A DNA stretch of 62,746 nt, the filler included, from Octopus bimaculoides (Eukaryota), in NCBI RefSeq assembly GCF_001194135.2. It is 5 parts of 4 records of this genome, joined end to end, with 100 filler letters (N's around TTAATTAATTAA, not from the genome) between each part and the next. Parts side by side here need not be neighbours in the genome. Positions count along the whole stretch, not along the records: positions 40,602 to 54,924 come from NC_069000.1; positions 55,025 to 62,746 come from NC_068982.1; 3 more parts are not named here. One strand, given 5' to 3'. A program made the position numbers and the translations under genes. Shown here in pieces: positions 51,428-62,746 of this stretch (positions are counted from its first letter, which is position 1; each line of letters opens with the position of its first letter). The notes below the pieces were generated by a model, which searched no databases, was not told where the DNA came from, and worked only from the letters and a program-made list of their open reading frames with translations.

Positions 51428-52599
51428 GTATGTTTTTATGTATGTATGTATGCATGTATTATGTACGTATATATGCTTGTGTTTCTGTGTTTCTGTGTGT
51501 TTTATATACATACATATATATATATATATATATTTAAGAGAGAGATAGAGATAAAGAGAGAATGCGAGTGAGAGAGAGAGAGTAGAGAGAGAGAGAGTAG
51601 AGAGAGAGGGAGAGAGTAGAGAGAGAGAGAGCGCGCGGGAGAGAGAGAGACCTGTATATATATATATGTATGTATGTATGAATGGATGGATGTATATATG
51701 TATATATATATATATATATACTTACACATTATGTACACATACATAGAAACACACAGGCATACGCACATATATTTTCCCACACAAAACAAACAGACTGACA
51801 GATAGTCACACATACATACCCTGGCATACATGCACACACACACACATCTGTAAACATACGCGACTATACTCAGATGCACACATAGAAACATAGACTCACA
51901 AATACACACATACACGCATGTATATACACATACACTAACACACACAATATCTATACACACAGATATACAGTCATAATTTCATAGTAACTCACGAATATGC
52001 AATCACATATACATACATACATACATACGTACGTATACACGTACATACATACATACATACATACACGCATACATACATACATACATGCATATATGTACAA
52101 GAAGCACAAGTTAATTTTACAAACGTATAATGCATGTATACACATTCACAGAGAGAGATTCACACAGAGTGAGAGCGGGAGAGAGGAGAAAGAGAGGAGA
52201 GAGGGAGAGGGAGAGAGAGAGAGATAGAGATAGAGATAGAGAGATAGATAGAGAGAGAGACAGAGAGAGAGAAAAAACTACCACAGATCTTGTTATCCTC
52301 GTCCTTTTCACATTCCAAGACGTTCTCACAAGGAAAAGCATTATTCTCCACGTATTGCCTGGTTCTGCTTTACAGACACACTAAATGGACTTTAAGGTAC
52401 AGAATTGATTCTTCTTCACACTAACTGCTTGTTGTTATCGCTTTTGTTGTTGGTGGTGATGTTGTCCTTTTTGGTGTTGTTGTTGTCGTTTTCACCGTTC
52501 ATGTCGTCTTTGTTACTATTGATGTTATCGTGTCTACTTCGGTTTATTACCAGTATATTACTGACGCATCAGTATACAGCTGTTGTTACTGTTGCTGCA

Positions 52600-53920
52600 G
52601 TTGTTGTACCTTGTAAGCCACAGGCCAGCTCCGCTCTGCTCGAACAAGCCTATGATCAAAGTTATTCCAGCCGTGACTCATGTCCCGACAACGCGGCTTC
52701 ACGTTATATAATGTGTTCATTTCTAAAGATGGATGGATGAGATTTGAGGGCTATCTAGCTGCTGTTTCTAGCAAGTCGAGTGAACATATAAAGAACGATT
52801 GTTGCTGTTGTTGTTTAGTCGAAGATCAAACGTGATCGAGTAGACCTGTTGTCAACTATGTTCCAATAGTGACCATCCCGTCTTTTCTCTACGTAACCTA
52901 GGACAAACATATATCTTTTCTTTTAACACAGTATGATGTAACTGAGGTGGGTTCCGCTGCTGTTTCTTGCAGGTTGTGTATCGACGTAGAGGTTGCTTTG
53001 TTGGCACAAAGACCCGCGATAATATGAGGTGTTTTGTGTTCTTTGGAGATTTATGTTCTTTGTGATTTGTTGAGGACAAATTGAAAGTGGAGAGCTGGTG
53101 GTTCAGGTAGGACTGGTGGGTGATTCACTGCATTGTTTGTACATGAGAGATATTGTTTTGTTTCAGGTCAACTCTGATCCTGAAGATCCACGATCAAAAG
53201 CATTTCTACGATGAACATCCCGACTTCAGAAACATAATGTAACTAGGGTTACGGCAGCTAATTTGTTTCCCACTTTTCTTTTTTAAAAAAGGTTGGTTGT
53301 GATTGGAAAAAAAATCGACTGCTATTTCTGGTTGTGGAACCGTGTGGAAGATCTATCGTTGGTTTGTACACTAGACATGTTGTTTGTGTTTAACCCCAGG
53401 TCTCTCTAATCGAGAAGATCAATAGCAAAGACATTCTAATCAAGACCTCGACGATTTTTTAATTTCATTTTTCCAACAAGTGTACCCAGCACTACTTTAC
53501 AAAATATGTCCATCCCGTTTTAAATGCAATAAAGCGTGGACATGAGGGAGTTCTGATTGTTTTATCTTGAAGGTCGAGCGTGTACGTAAAAGTACTCTAA
53601 TGTTGTTTCCCTGTGTTGACCGAAAGTGCTGATTTTGAGTGGTTTAAATGTGTTTGTGTCGTTTCACATTCTTAACTCTCTCCTATGTGTACCGAGAAAG
53701 TTCTCGAAGTTCTCTCAGTAATTCCTAGCATTTTTGTCTTTTCTGAACGTGTCATATTAGCGTAGATTGCAAGGTTGTTGAGTATAATGATTGCTGTTTA
53801 GCCTATGATTAACTCTGATCCAGCAAAGGCGTTCCACTCTTGAGTGTCGTCTTTTTTTTTTATTCGTGCATAGTGTATCTAGACCTACATCACCTCAATA
53901 TAACCTTCTACTTTTAAAAC
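52600..53920 (+). repeat. Cluster of decayed ~200-230-bp repeat units (family D)
   Basis: Ordered motifs GTTGTTTAGCCC...CTGATC...GATCAAAG..ATTCCA..GTGACCATCCCG...GATTTGAGGG...GCTATTTCTAGCA recur about four times. Also seen at 50420-50705, 5140-5300 and 11475-11620. Confidence 0.55.
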
Positions 53921-54620
53921 AATAGACAATAGTTTGAAATACAAGCATGAGTGAAAGAAATATTAGCTATATATTGAAAAATATATAAATGCATACACAC
54001 ACACATAGAGCCATATATTTCTTCTGGATTCGAATTCGTGTTTCTAAAAATCCTATATTTAAATCAAAATATTTGATGCTGCCATTATGGGAAGGTAGAA
54101 AGGTAGATACATAAGAGATGTACATTGATAGAATATGGATCAGTAAAGCAGAATAGGAAAGCCGGTGGGATAAGAATGTAACCGAAATATCGATACTGTA
54201 CGAATTGTTGTCTGTGAAATAAAGTGCGACAGTGATCGATTCTCTGAACTTACTTTAATAAAAATCATTGTAACAAAAGTCCTGATATATTGATTTCAAA
54301 TTTTTGCACAAGGCTAGCATGTTCAGGGGAGGGGCTAAGTCAGTTACACCGACACCAGTATTTAACAGGTACTCATTTTATCGAATCCGAAAGGATACAA
54401 AGAAAAGACGATCTCGGGGTAATTTGCTAACGATTCTGCCGGCTCACTGTCTTACGAAAGGCCTGTTATATTAAAGATGGAAATAAATATCTATAAAGAT
54501 GGAAATAGATATTAATTTTAATGAAAATATTTTACGATGTTAAGCTTTCTAACAGAGTTCTCTATAAACATGGAAAGCACTGAACATTTCCATTCCAGCA
54601 ACAGGTATGTAGGCACACAC

Positions 54621-54652
<32 letters not shown>

Positions 54653-54924
54653 GAGCGCGCGCGCGCACACACACACACTCACACCGAAACAACTACACAT
54701 AGATGTGCATAATCTTGCGCAAACACGTTCTTTTGAAAATAGCTTATTCGTTTGTGACATTGGATTTTATTTATGGTGTTTAATTAATTCATATAGTTCT
54801 TTCCCGCTTTCTCTCTCTTTCTTTCTCTATCTTTCTTTCTCTCTTTCTTTCTCTCTCTTTCTTTCTTTCTCTCTCTTTCTCTCTCTCTCTACATATATAT
54901 ATTTACGTGTGTGTGTGTGCATAT

Positions 54925-55024
54925 NNNNNNNNNNNNNNNNNNNNNNNNNNNNNNNNNNNNNNNNNNNNTTAATTAATTAANNNNNNNNNNNNNNNNNNNN
55001 NNNNNNNNNNNNNNNNNNNNNNNN
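54925..55024. other. Artificial scaffold spacer N44-TTAATTAATTAA-N44
   Basis: Exact 100-bp structure. Confidence 0.95.
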
Positions 55025-55103
55025 TCTATTTTATATAATTTTTAAAGTCATGTTTTATGTAAACCATTCGCATTACTGATCCCAATCAGTTGTTTTGTAC
55101 CAT

Positions 55104-55303
55104 TCTATGTTTGGCCCCCTGTGGGCAATAAAGAAATTGGTATTTCGTCTGTCGCTACGTTCTGAGTTCAAATTTCGCTGAGGTCGACTTTGCCTTTCAT
55201 CAGTTCGGGGTCGATAAATTTCGAACCAGTTACGCACTGGGGTCGATGTAATCGGCTTACCCGCCTCCCCGCAAATTTCTATTGTGCCTACAATAGAAAG
55301 GAT
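55104..55303 (+). mobile_element. SINE family A concatemer fragment (tail 1, junction, body, tail 2)
   Basis: GGCCCCCTGTGGGCAATAAAGAAATT|GGTATTTCGTC... ending in TTGTGCCTACAATAGAAAGGATT. Confidence 0.75.
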
Positions 55304-55343
55304 TATTATTATTATTACTATTATTATTATTATTATTATTATT

Positions 55344-55560
55344 AAGACGGCGAGCTGGCAGAATCGTTAGCACGCCGAGAAAAACGCTTAGTGGCATTTC
55401 GTCCGTCGTTATGTTCTGAGTTCAAATTCCGCGGAGGTCAACTTTGCCTTTCGTCCTTTCGGAGTCGATAAATTAAGTACCAGTGAGCCACTAGGGCCGA
55501 TGTAATCGACTAGTTTCCTCCCCTCAAATTTCAGGCCTTGTGCCTATAGTAGAAGGGACT
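55344..55560 (+). mobile_element. SINE family A, full length (tail type 2)
   Basis: AAGACGGCGAGCTGGCAGAATCGTTAGC head, GAGTTCAAATTCC B box, GGCCTTGTGCCTATAGTAGAAGG tail. Confidence 0.85.
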
Positions 55561-55977
55561 ATTGTTGTTGTTGATGTTGTTGTTGTTTCTGCTACTGCTG
55601 TTGCTGCTGCTGTTGTTCATTCTCATATTCCTTGTTTTTGGAATTCACTGGGACACCGAAGTAGATCTTCAGCAATGGATGCCATATGTCTTAGAATTCT
55701 GATCTAATTACATCACTATGTCACTGAAATCTATCCTTGTCACATTCAAGCAAGCGCCAAGATGGCATTCCTGTGGGTGAACCAGTTGTCCTCATAACGC
55801 TATAGAATTATGACTGTCTACTTAGAATGTTATACCATACATTTTCGAGAACAAATTATGCGTGTGTATGTAAGCAATGAGACAGTGTATTTGTGTGGCA
55901 AATATGTACGGATGTTTACTTAAAGTTTTTCCAAATGTTTATGTGCATGTATAAAGATTTGCACGTATATGTCTATG

Positions 55978-56008
<31 letters not shown>

Positions 56009-56307
56009 TCAGGTATATGTGTATAGGAATGTGTGTGTTTGTGCGTATGGATGTATGTGTATCAGGTGCGTATGTGTGTGCGCGCGTAGATCTGTATGCG
56101 TGACTTTGTGTGCTTAAAAACTCAAAAATAAAACAGAAGTGTGCCATTAGTATCTGACACTTTCATGTGAAGTAAGGAAAATACATTAAGATGCAATGCA
56201 ATAAGAACAAAAATAAATAATGATGACATTGATGACGATGACGATGATGATAATAATAATAATAATGATGATAATAATAACAATAATAATAATAATAATG
56301 ATGATAA

Positions 56308-56366
<59 letters not shown>

Positions 56367-56420
56367 ATGATAACAACAATAATGGTAACATCAACAACAA
56401 CAATAATAATGATAATAATA

Positions 56421-56654
56421 ATTTCAAGTTTTGGTACAAGGCCAGCAATTTCGGGGGAGGGGGGAGGTCATTTACATTAACCCCCTCCTCTCTCTCTCAC
56501 ACACACACACACCTGCTCAACTGGTACCTATTTTATAGATCCCCTAAAGGATGAAAGGCAAAGTCGACGACGGCTGAATTTGAACTCAGAGAGTAAAGAC
56601 AGACGAAATGCAGCTAAGCATTTTGTCCGACGCAGTAGCGATTCTGCTCGCTCA
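56421..56654 (-). mobile_element. SINE family A, diverged copy with (CT)/(CA) insert
   Basis: AAAGGATGAAAGGCAAAGTCGAC core and AATTTGAACTCAG. Confidence 0.7.
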
Positions 56655-56655
56655 C

Positions 56656-56710
<55 letters not shown>

Positions 56711-56859
56711 CTTTCTATTTTTTGCACATGGCCAGCAAACTTAAGAGGAAGGGCAATTCATTTACATCACCCTAGCATTTTTCTGATTTAGTATTTTATT
56801 TTATCCATGCCGAAAGGAGGAAAAACAAATAAAAACAATAATTGTCTAAATTTTGGCAC

Positions 56860-56901
<42 letters not shown>

Positions 56902-56918
56902 TAATAATAATAATAAAT

Positions 56919-58076
56919 TCCAAATACAGCAAGTTCCAGAGTTAGATGAACTGGGAGCAAGCAAAGAAAAAGCTAAAAGTATGAAAACCCTTACTAAAAT
57001 TCTGCCTTAAATATTCTCACTCATGAACGGCAGGAAAAACCTCTCAATTGCAAATACCCATAGAGAGCTAACAACGCTGACGTTGACAAAGTTTTTTCCC
57101 ATTAATGTTTGGTATCTTATTTAAAATCAGAGAGAATGGTTTATCATAGCAGCCTAGGATCGATGCCTACGTATAAGAAGGTATCATGCCAACATCTTAA
57201 AGAACAACTGTAGCCCAACATGTCGTGTAATGTAAACAACAGACTGAAACCATCGATATTGTCTCCATGTGCTTCCTTCTTGCACCATTAGTATTTCATC
57301 ACGCATAATAGAGCAGTACAATATATTCACTGGGTAATTTACGATGATCTGTACCTGCCCTATGATAAAACTCTTGGGAACACAAACCACCTCCAGTGCT
57401 TGAAAATGGTCATATCTCACTCCTATGGAACTTTTCAGTTCAAACTGAGAAAAAGATAGATGCAAATAGGCCAGACATTATATTGAAGGATTTCAGACAA
57501 AAGTCATGCCTCCTCATCGATATGACTGCCCCAATCGACATAAATGTATTTGTTAAGACCTATCAAAGACTGAGCGAGTATAAAGATCTTGAAAGAAATT
57601 GGCAGAATTTGGAAACTCAAAATTAGAACGATACCTGTTGTCATTAGTTCCCTAGGAATAAAAGCAAAAGGGGCTGACTGTTATCTATGTCAGATTCCAG
57701 GAAATCTAAAAATGGAAGAAATTTAAAATGTAGTGTGATGGGCACTGCTTACATCCTATGAAATATATTGTCTATGTAATTCCAAAATCAATTTAATCTG
57801 AAGACAAATTATCAAAAGTACTTTTAAATGTCATCTTAAGATCACACTATCATCTTATATCCAAACTGCTTTTAACACAAGTTTTGACTTTTCTTATGTT
57901 TTGACACATTCTCTCAAACAATACTTTGTGCAAATCTAAAAATATGGCGGTTATCAACGACCTTAGTCATAATACCGTCTTGAAATTCTAACTTGTCTCT
58001 TGAGGTCTCTGGGTGAGACTTGGAGAGTAAACATGTAAAAAACACAAAGCAAAATCCAAAGCAAAATCCAAGCACA
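56919..58076 (+). mobile_element. 5'-truncated R4/Dong-like retrotransposon (CCHC plus RLE endonuclease plus 3' UTR) within (AAT)n
   Basis: CRV..QQTETID knuckle, HNRAVQYIHW, ENGHISLLWNFSVQTEKKIDANRPDIILKD...CLLIDMTAP, KYKDLE-type motif. (AAT)n directly at both ends. Confidence 0.85.
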
Positions 58077-58089
58077 TAATAATAATAAC

Positions 58090-58159
<70 letters not shown>

Positions 58160-58459
58160 GCCCGGATGCAGTACCAGGCAGTGGCTCTCATGGCTTCTGA
58201 TCTTAATTGATTGGAAGTGTTATCATGTACGTTGTTTTGTCTTGGTATAAAATATGGGCTACAGCAAATATTCTGCTTAATACCACAGATTTGCTTGTCA
58301 GTTGAGCATGTCCCTTGGTGGTTGACGATATGTGCATGTCTGATCATGAGCAGAAGTAATGGGGGAGCATCATAGCCATATGTTGAGAGGAATTCTTTGG
58401 GGTTTGAATAATTCACTTTTGAAACATGAGTGTTTTGCTCAACATCCTTAAATAAACCT

Positions 58460-58760
58460 TATACTTCCGGGCCGACAAGAGTCTTGTGAATGTATTCGGT
58501 AGACGGAAACTGAAAGCCATTTGTATATGTAAATATCTAACAATGATAGATAGATACAAAGTACATATATAAAATTACATGTGTATGTATTGTGTATGTA
58601 TATATCTATGTGTGTCTATATATCTACATACATGTATATATCTTTGTATTTCTGTTTGACCCACTCCAACACTTTACAACCGACGTTAGCTTGTTTTCGT
58701 CCATTACCTTAAAGTTTGGCATATGAGACCGACAGAATAAGTACCAGGCTTAAATAAAAA
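58460..58760 (+). mobile_element. SINE family C fragment
   Basis: GGTAGACGGAAACTGAAAG and GAGACCGACAGAATAAGTACCAGGCTT. Confidence 0.6.
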
Positions 58761-58764
58761 TTGT

Positions 58765-60024
58765 AAGCCTTTACATGAAAAGATTCTACTATATCTGTGG
58801 GAAGAAGGGAAATTTTTTTGTAAAATAGCTATAAATTTTTTGTATATATTAGTGGGTACTGCACAGTTGAATGGGATATTGAACCAGACAGGATTTTTAT
58901 TTTTAAATTTATTGTGTGAGTGAGTGCAGGATACATTTTGATTACCATTATTCTTTAGGACAATATTATGATTTATAGTTTTGCATATTTTTTTGTGGAG
59001 TCCCTATTATTTTGTAGAGTAACCATATCATTTACATTGCCATTACTTTTAACTAACCTAAGTTTTTTGCTAGTATTAGTATGAAGTTTCCTATCAAAAT
59101 ATATTCTAATATTATTCTTATTACTTAAAATATCAGGTATGTAGGATGATTTTCATTTAGTATTTCATCACCACAAATTAAGTTAGTAGACTAACTATTA
59201 CTAACATCATTATTAATTTCTCTATCAAAATGAATCGGCCTTCCAGGACTGAGGAAAGAAAGTTTCTGGTCATATCCCGCTTTAGACAAAGCAACATTGT
59301 AGTGGTATAAATGGGAATTAAAAATGTCAATATTTGAAGATAACTTATTAATTCTCTCAGAAATGCTTTTTACTATTGATTTTAATACATTAGTGGGGTG
59401 ATTAGATAATTTATTCACATACCTTGTAACCTCGTTCTCTTTTCTATAGGGGTAGTACAATTTAGAGCCTATGTTTAGAGTAGTGTCCAAAAACTTTACT
59501 AGCTTAATACCATATTCATACGTAATACTTAAGTTGCAGCTTTAAAAATTTTTTAAATTTTCTTTCTCATTCTTTCAATGATTGATTTATTGTTACTAGG
59601 GATGATGAATAAGGCATCATCCCTATATAAACTGCCCCACAGCTCCAGGATTTCCTTATTTAGGTTATACAAGAGGTACGCACCTACTAGATTTGTGATT
59701 TCAGCCGAGTCACTCGAGCCCATCGCTATATCGAAGTTGTCTGGAGTGTCAGCCCTAGTCCAAAGTTTTCCATCAAATTCAATAATATTTCTTCTAGCTA
59801 ACAGAATAATATCGATTTTATCCCTAGTAATAAGAGAGCGATTCTTAGCAAAAATATGAGCCTTATTTAGAAGTATTGGGGATATGCTTGAATAATAACT
59901 ATTTATGTCAAATTGGATGTAAGAATAATTACCAATGTTATCGATAGATCCAAACCAGTTAAGTATCTCATCAATATCAATCCATAATTTTAAAGTTAAG
60001 TTGGGAATTATAAAGGGTAGAATA
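58765..60024 (-). mobile_element. Penelope-like element RT region, decayed
   Basis: WFGSIDNIGNYSYIQFDINSYYSSIS, FDIAMGSSDSAEITNLVGAYLL, LYRDDAL (59613-59630), YYPYRKENEVTRYVNKLSNHP...SISERINKLSS, VWFNIPFNCAVPTNIYKKF. These match the motif series of Penelope-type RTs. Confidence 0.9.
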
Positions 60025-60329
60025 NNNNNNNNNNNNNNNNNNNNNNNNNNNNNNNNNNNNNNNNNNNNNNNNNNNNNNNNNNNNNNNNNNNNNNNNNNNN
60101 NNNNNNNNNNNNNNNNNNNNNNNNGTACTCTCTGGATTACTAAGCAAAAAATTTGGAAAAAGGAAAAAAAATAATGAAGAAATTGGGGCGGTGAGGGAGA
60201 AAAGTAAAATATTGAGAACGTGATTTTTGGGTCTAAATTCTAATCTCCTGTATCCAAAACATAGGAATCGGAAGAAATTTACGAAAAAAATAAGGTGGAT
60301 AGGCGCAAATGTCACCTTGGACATGTTAA

Positions 60330-60673
60330 TGTTGCCACTCCGTCGGTTACGACGACGAGGGTTCCAGTTGATTTCATCAACGGAACAGCCTGCTCGAAAA
60401 TTAACGTGCAAGTGGCTGAGCACTCCACAAATACAGCGTGACACAGTGTGATAAGGCTGGCCCTTCGAAATACAGGTACAACAGAAACAGGAAGAAAGAG
60501 TGAGAGAAAGTTGTGAAAGAGTACATCAGGGTTCGCCACCATCCTCTGCCGGAGCCTCGTGGAACTTTAGGCGTTTTCGCTCAATAAACACTCACAACGC
60601 CCGGTCTGGGAATCGAAACCGCTATCCTACGACCGTGAGTCCGCTGCCCTAACCAATGGGCCATTGCGCCTCC
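60330..60673 (-). mobile_element. SINE family B with internal deletion and 9-bp TSD
   Basis: Homologous to 34033-34420. ACATGTTAA at 60321-60329 and 60679-60687. Confidence 0.85.
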
Positions 60674-60874
60674 GCTGCACATGTTAAAAGCAAGAGGTAA
60701 AGAACAGGATTTCTGAGAAGCTTCCTTTTAAGTTTATATCGAAGATCAGGTTTTTAAATACAAATTACAGAATAGAAAATGGTTATTTCAGTTGGATTTG
60801 AGCTGTAATTTTGTGCGTGCACAGCAAAAATTCACATAATTCGAACAAAAGTTTTACCTATAGTGTGTTTGTGC

Positions 60875-60938
<64 letters not shown>

Positions 60939-61632
60939 CAAAGGAAGTTATTTTATGGCATTCTTTTGTTTGAAGCAGGAAAGTTGTCAACTCGATCAGA
61001 TGATCGATCGTTTGGGATGAAATGATTGTTTGTTAATTTCCGTAAATTTTTATCTAATTTCTGTATGCTTTGAAGAGAGCAGAAAGTGACAAGTATATGA
61101 AATGAACGTGTGTGTGTGTGTGTGTGTGTGTGCGTGCGCGCGCGCGTGAGAGAGAGTGAGGGAGTGAAGTGATTGTTGTCATGTATGTATGTTTTGTGTA
61201 AGTGGCACTCACTCGCTCTCTTTCTCCCTCTCTCTTATCACTCACTCTCAGACAAACACGCACACATTATCTTTCATATACACGTACATAAATACATGTA
61301 CATACATCGTATTTTGTACGTACATGTGTGCGTGTGCATGTGAGAGTGAGAATGAATGGCTATTTTTTCATAACATATAGAGAAATGGATGTCTTTTAAT
61401 GAAATTGTTTTAGTTGTGGATTATTTTAATAAAATATTTATGTGTACATTTTTATAAATGTTTGTCTGAATAGAATTCGACTCATGCGTGAAACATTGGA
61501 CGGCAGTGAAACATTAGAAATGAAAATGTTGCCCGAAAATGACCTCAAAATTGTGCGACCCGATTTCGTTTCCGAGGTTATTTTAATAGTAAAAAAGAGT
61601 TGTGCCAAAAACAGTTTATTTGGTAGCCTTTA

Positions 61633-62356
61633 TAGTGGTCTGATCAATAAGTATCCGGACTTTTGCCATAGTAATGAAGCTAAAGTATGCAGAGTGAATC
61701 CGCTTGGCATAAATTGACCTTGAACTTTGTTGTGCATGCGCACTAACTATTAACGTTCTAACTCACTGCCACTGCTTACAGCAGTGCTTCGAAGGAATGT
61801 GTGTAGCGTTTGATCATCGCATTGACAATGACAGAAAGCTGAGCAGAGAATCTGCATCAAATTTTGCCAAAAGCTTGGTGATACTTGCTCAGAGACCTAC
61901 GCAAAGTTTTCAAAACGTTTTCATCGCTCTCGACACAATGAAAATCTTGTGCAACTGAAACCCGAGTGTCTTTTGTCATCTGAAATCAGTTTTGGCACAA
62001 ACTTGGCAGACACACATCTCGTATCCAAATCTTCAATGATAATCGACTGAACTGAACCGTAACTAATTCTGCACATCCTCTGATAATTCACAGATGATAA
62101 TTCGACGACTTCCTCTCACAGATGCACACACATCTACGATGTTTTTCTCAGTACTGCTGATTGCGGGTCTCCCAAAACATTCGTCAATATCGACATTTTT
62201 TCGGCCATCTTGGAAACGTCTGAACCACTTGTACACTTGTGTGCGGCTCATACACTTTTCTCCATAGACATTCTACAACTTTGCAAACATCTCTGAGCAG
62301 GTATCGCCGTGACAACTTTCTCTGTCATGGTCAATGCGACGATCACACGCTACACA
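61633..62356. mobile_element. Second copy of the fold-back mariner (right arm truncated)
   Basis: Same TIR start, same arm junction (~61906) and same right-arm deletion as 49475-50402. The minus ORF 62063-62251 is the mariner HTH. Confidence 0.85.
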
Positions 62357-62705
62357 ATGCAACACTCTCGTAATGCAACACGTTGCAATTTTGGTTTAAA
62401 TTGAAAGTGTGAAACTATTTTCACTTTCTAATGAAACATGGTCGTTGTAGAGCAGTGTATTTCAAATTACTATAGCTGTTTGTTGAGATATCGCAGAAAA
62501 TATGTAAATGAAAGTAAAGTTCATTTGGTAGCCGAAGGATTACTGAATCCTTTCATTACCCATTTCATTACGTTAAAATCGGCAAGTCAGTTTTCGAAAA
62601 CATAAGGAACATACGTACACACATACAAACCCTATTATATATACATATATATATATCTATATATATATATATGCGTATGTGTATTATTAAATATACATAT
62701 ATATA

Positions 62706-62746
<41 letters not shown>

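Noticed and set aside
25414-62746. Upstream exon(s) of the C4-like gene (expected Y.RWG..C motif on the minus strand)
   Set aside because: Not found by eye; they may lie in a gap or in another scaffold block.

Overview
AT-rich, gap-riddled eukaryotic DNA dense in microsatellites. The repeat families look like those of an octopus; this is inferred from recognising the repeats, not from a database search. There is no intact multi-exon gene. The only clearly host-type coding segment is a 500-nt terminal exon on the minus strand (23782-24281). It encodes a Cys-rich short-chain-collagen-C4-like domain but has an in-frame TAA nine codons after its acceptor. The exon lies between two copies of a ~540-bp duplication whose decayed + strand translation resembles a TRP-type channel S4-S5-pore segment. 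The rest is decayed transposons (Gypsy, Penelope, Tx1/L1-like, R4/Dong-like, maT/Tc1, mariner, a fold-back mariner, hAT and piggyBac MITEs), several tRNA-derived SINE families (some with clean target-site duplications), minisatellites with higher-order structure, and microsatellites. Four identical 100-bp N44-TTAATTAATTAA-N44 spacers are artificial scaffold joins, so adjacency across them is unproven. Almost all ORFs in the supplied track are artefacts of N runs, microsatellites or TE relics. I found no convincing novel multi-gene system. The best leads are the stop-containing exon with an in-frame bypass acceptor, a recurrent SINE concatemer junction, hammerhead-like cores in Penelope-type terminal repeats, and a mariner family built from two 5' ends.
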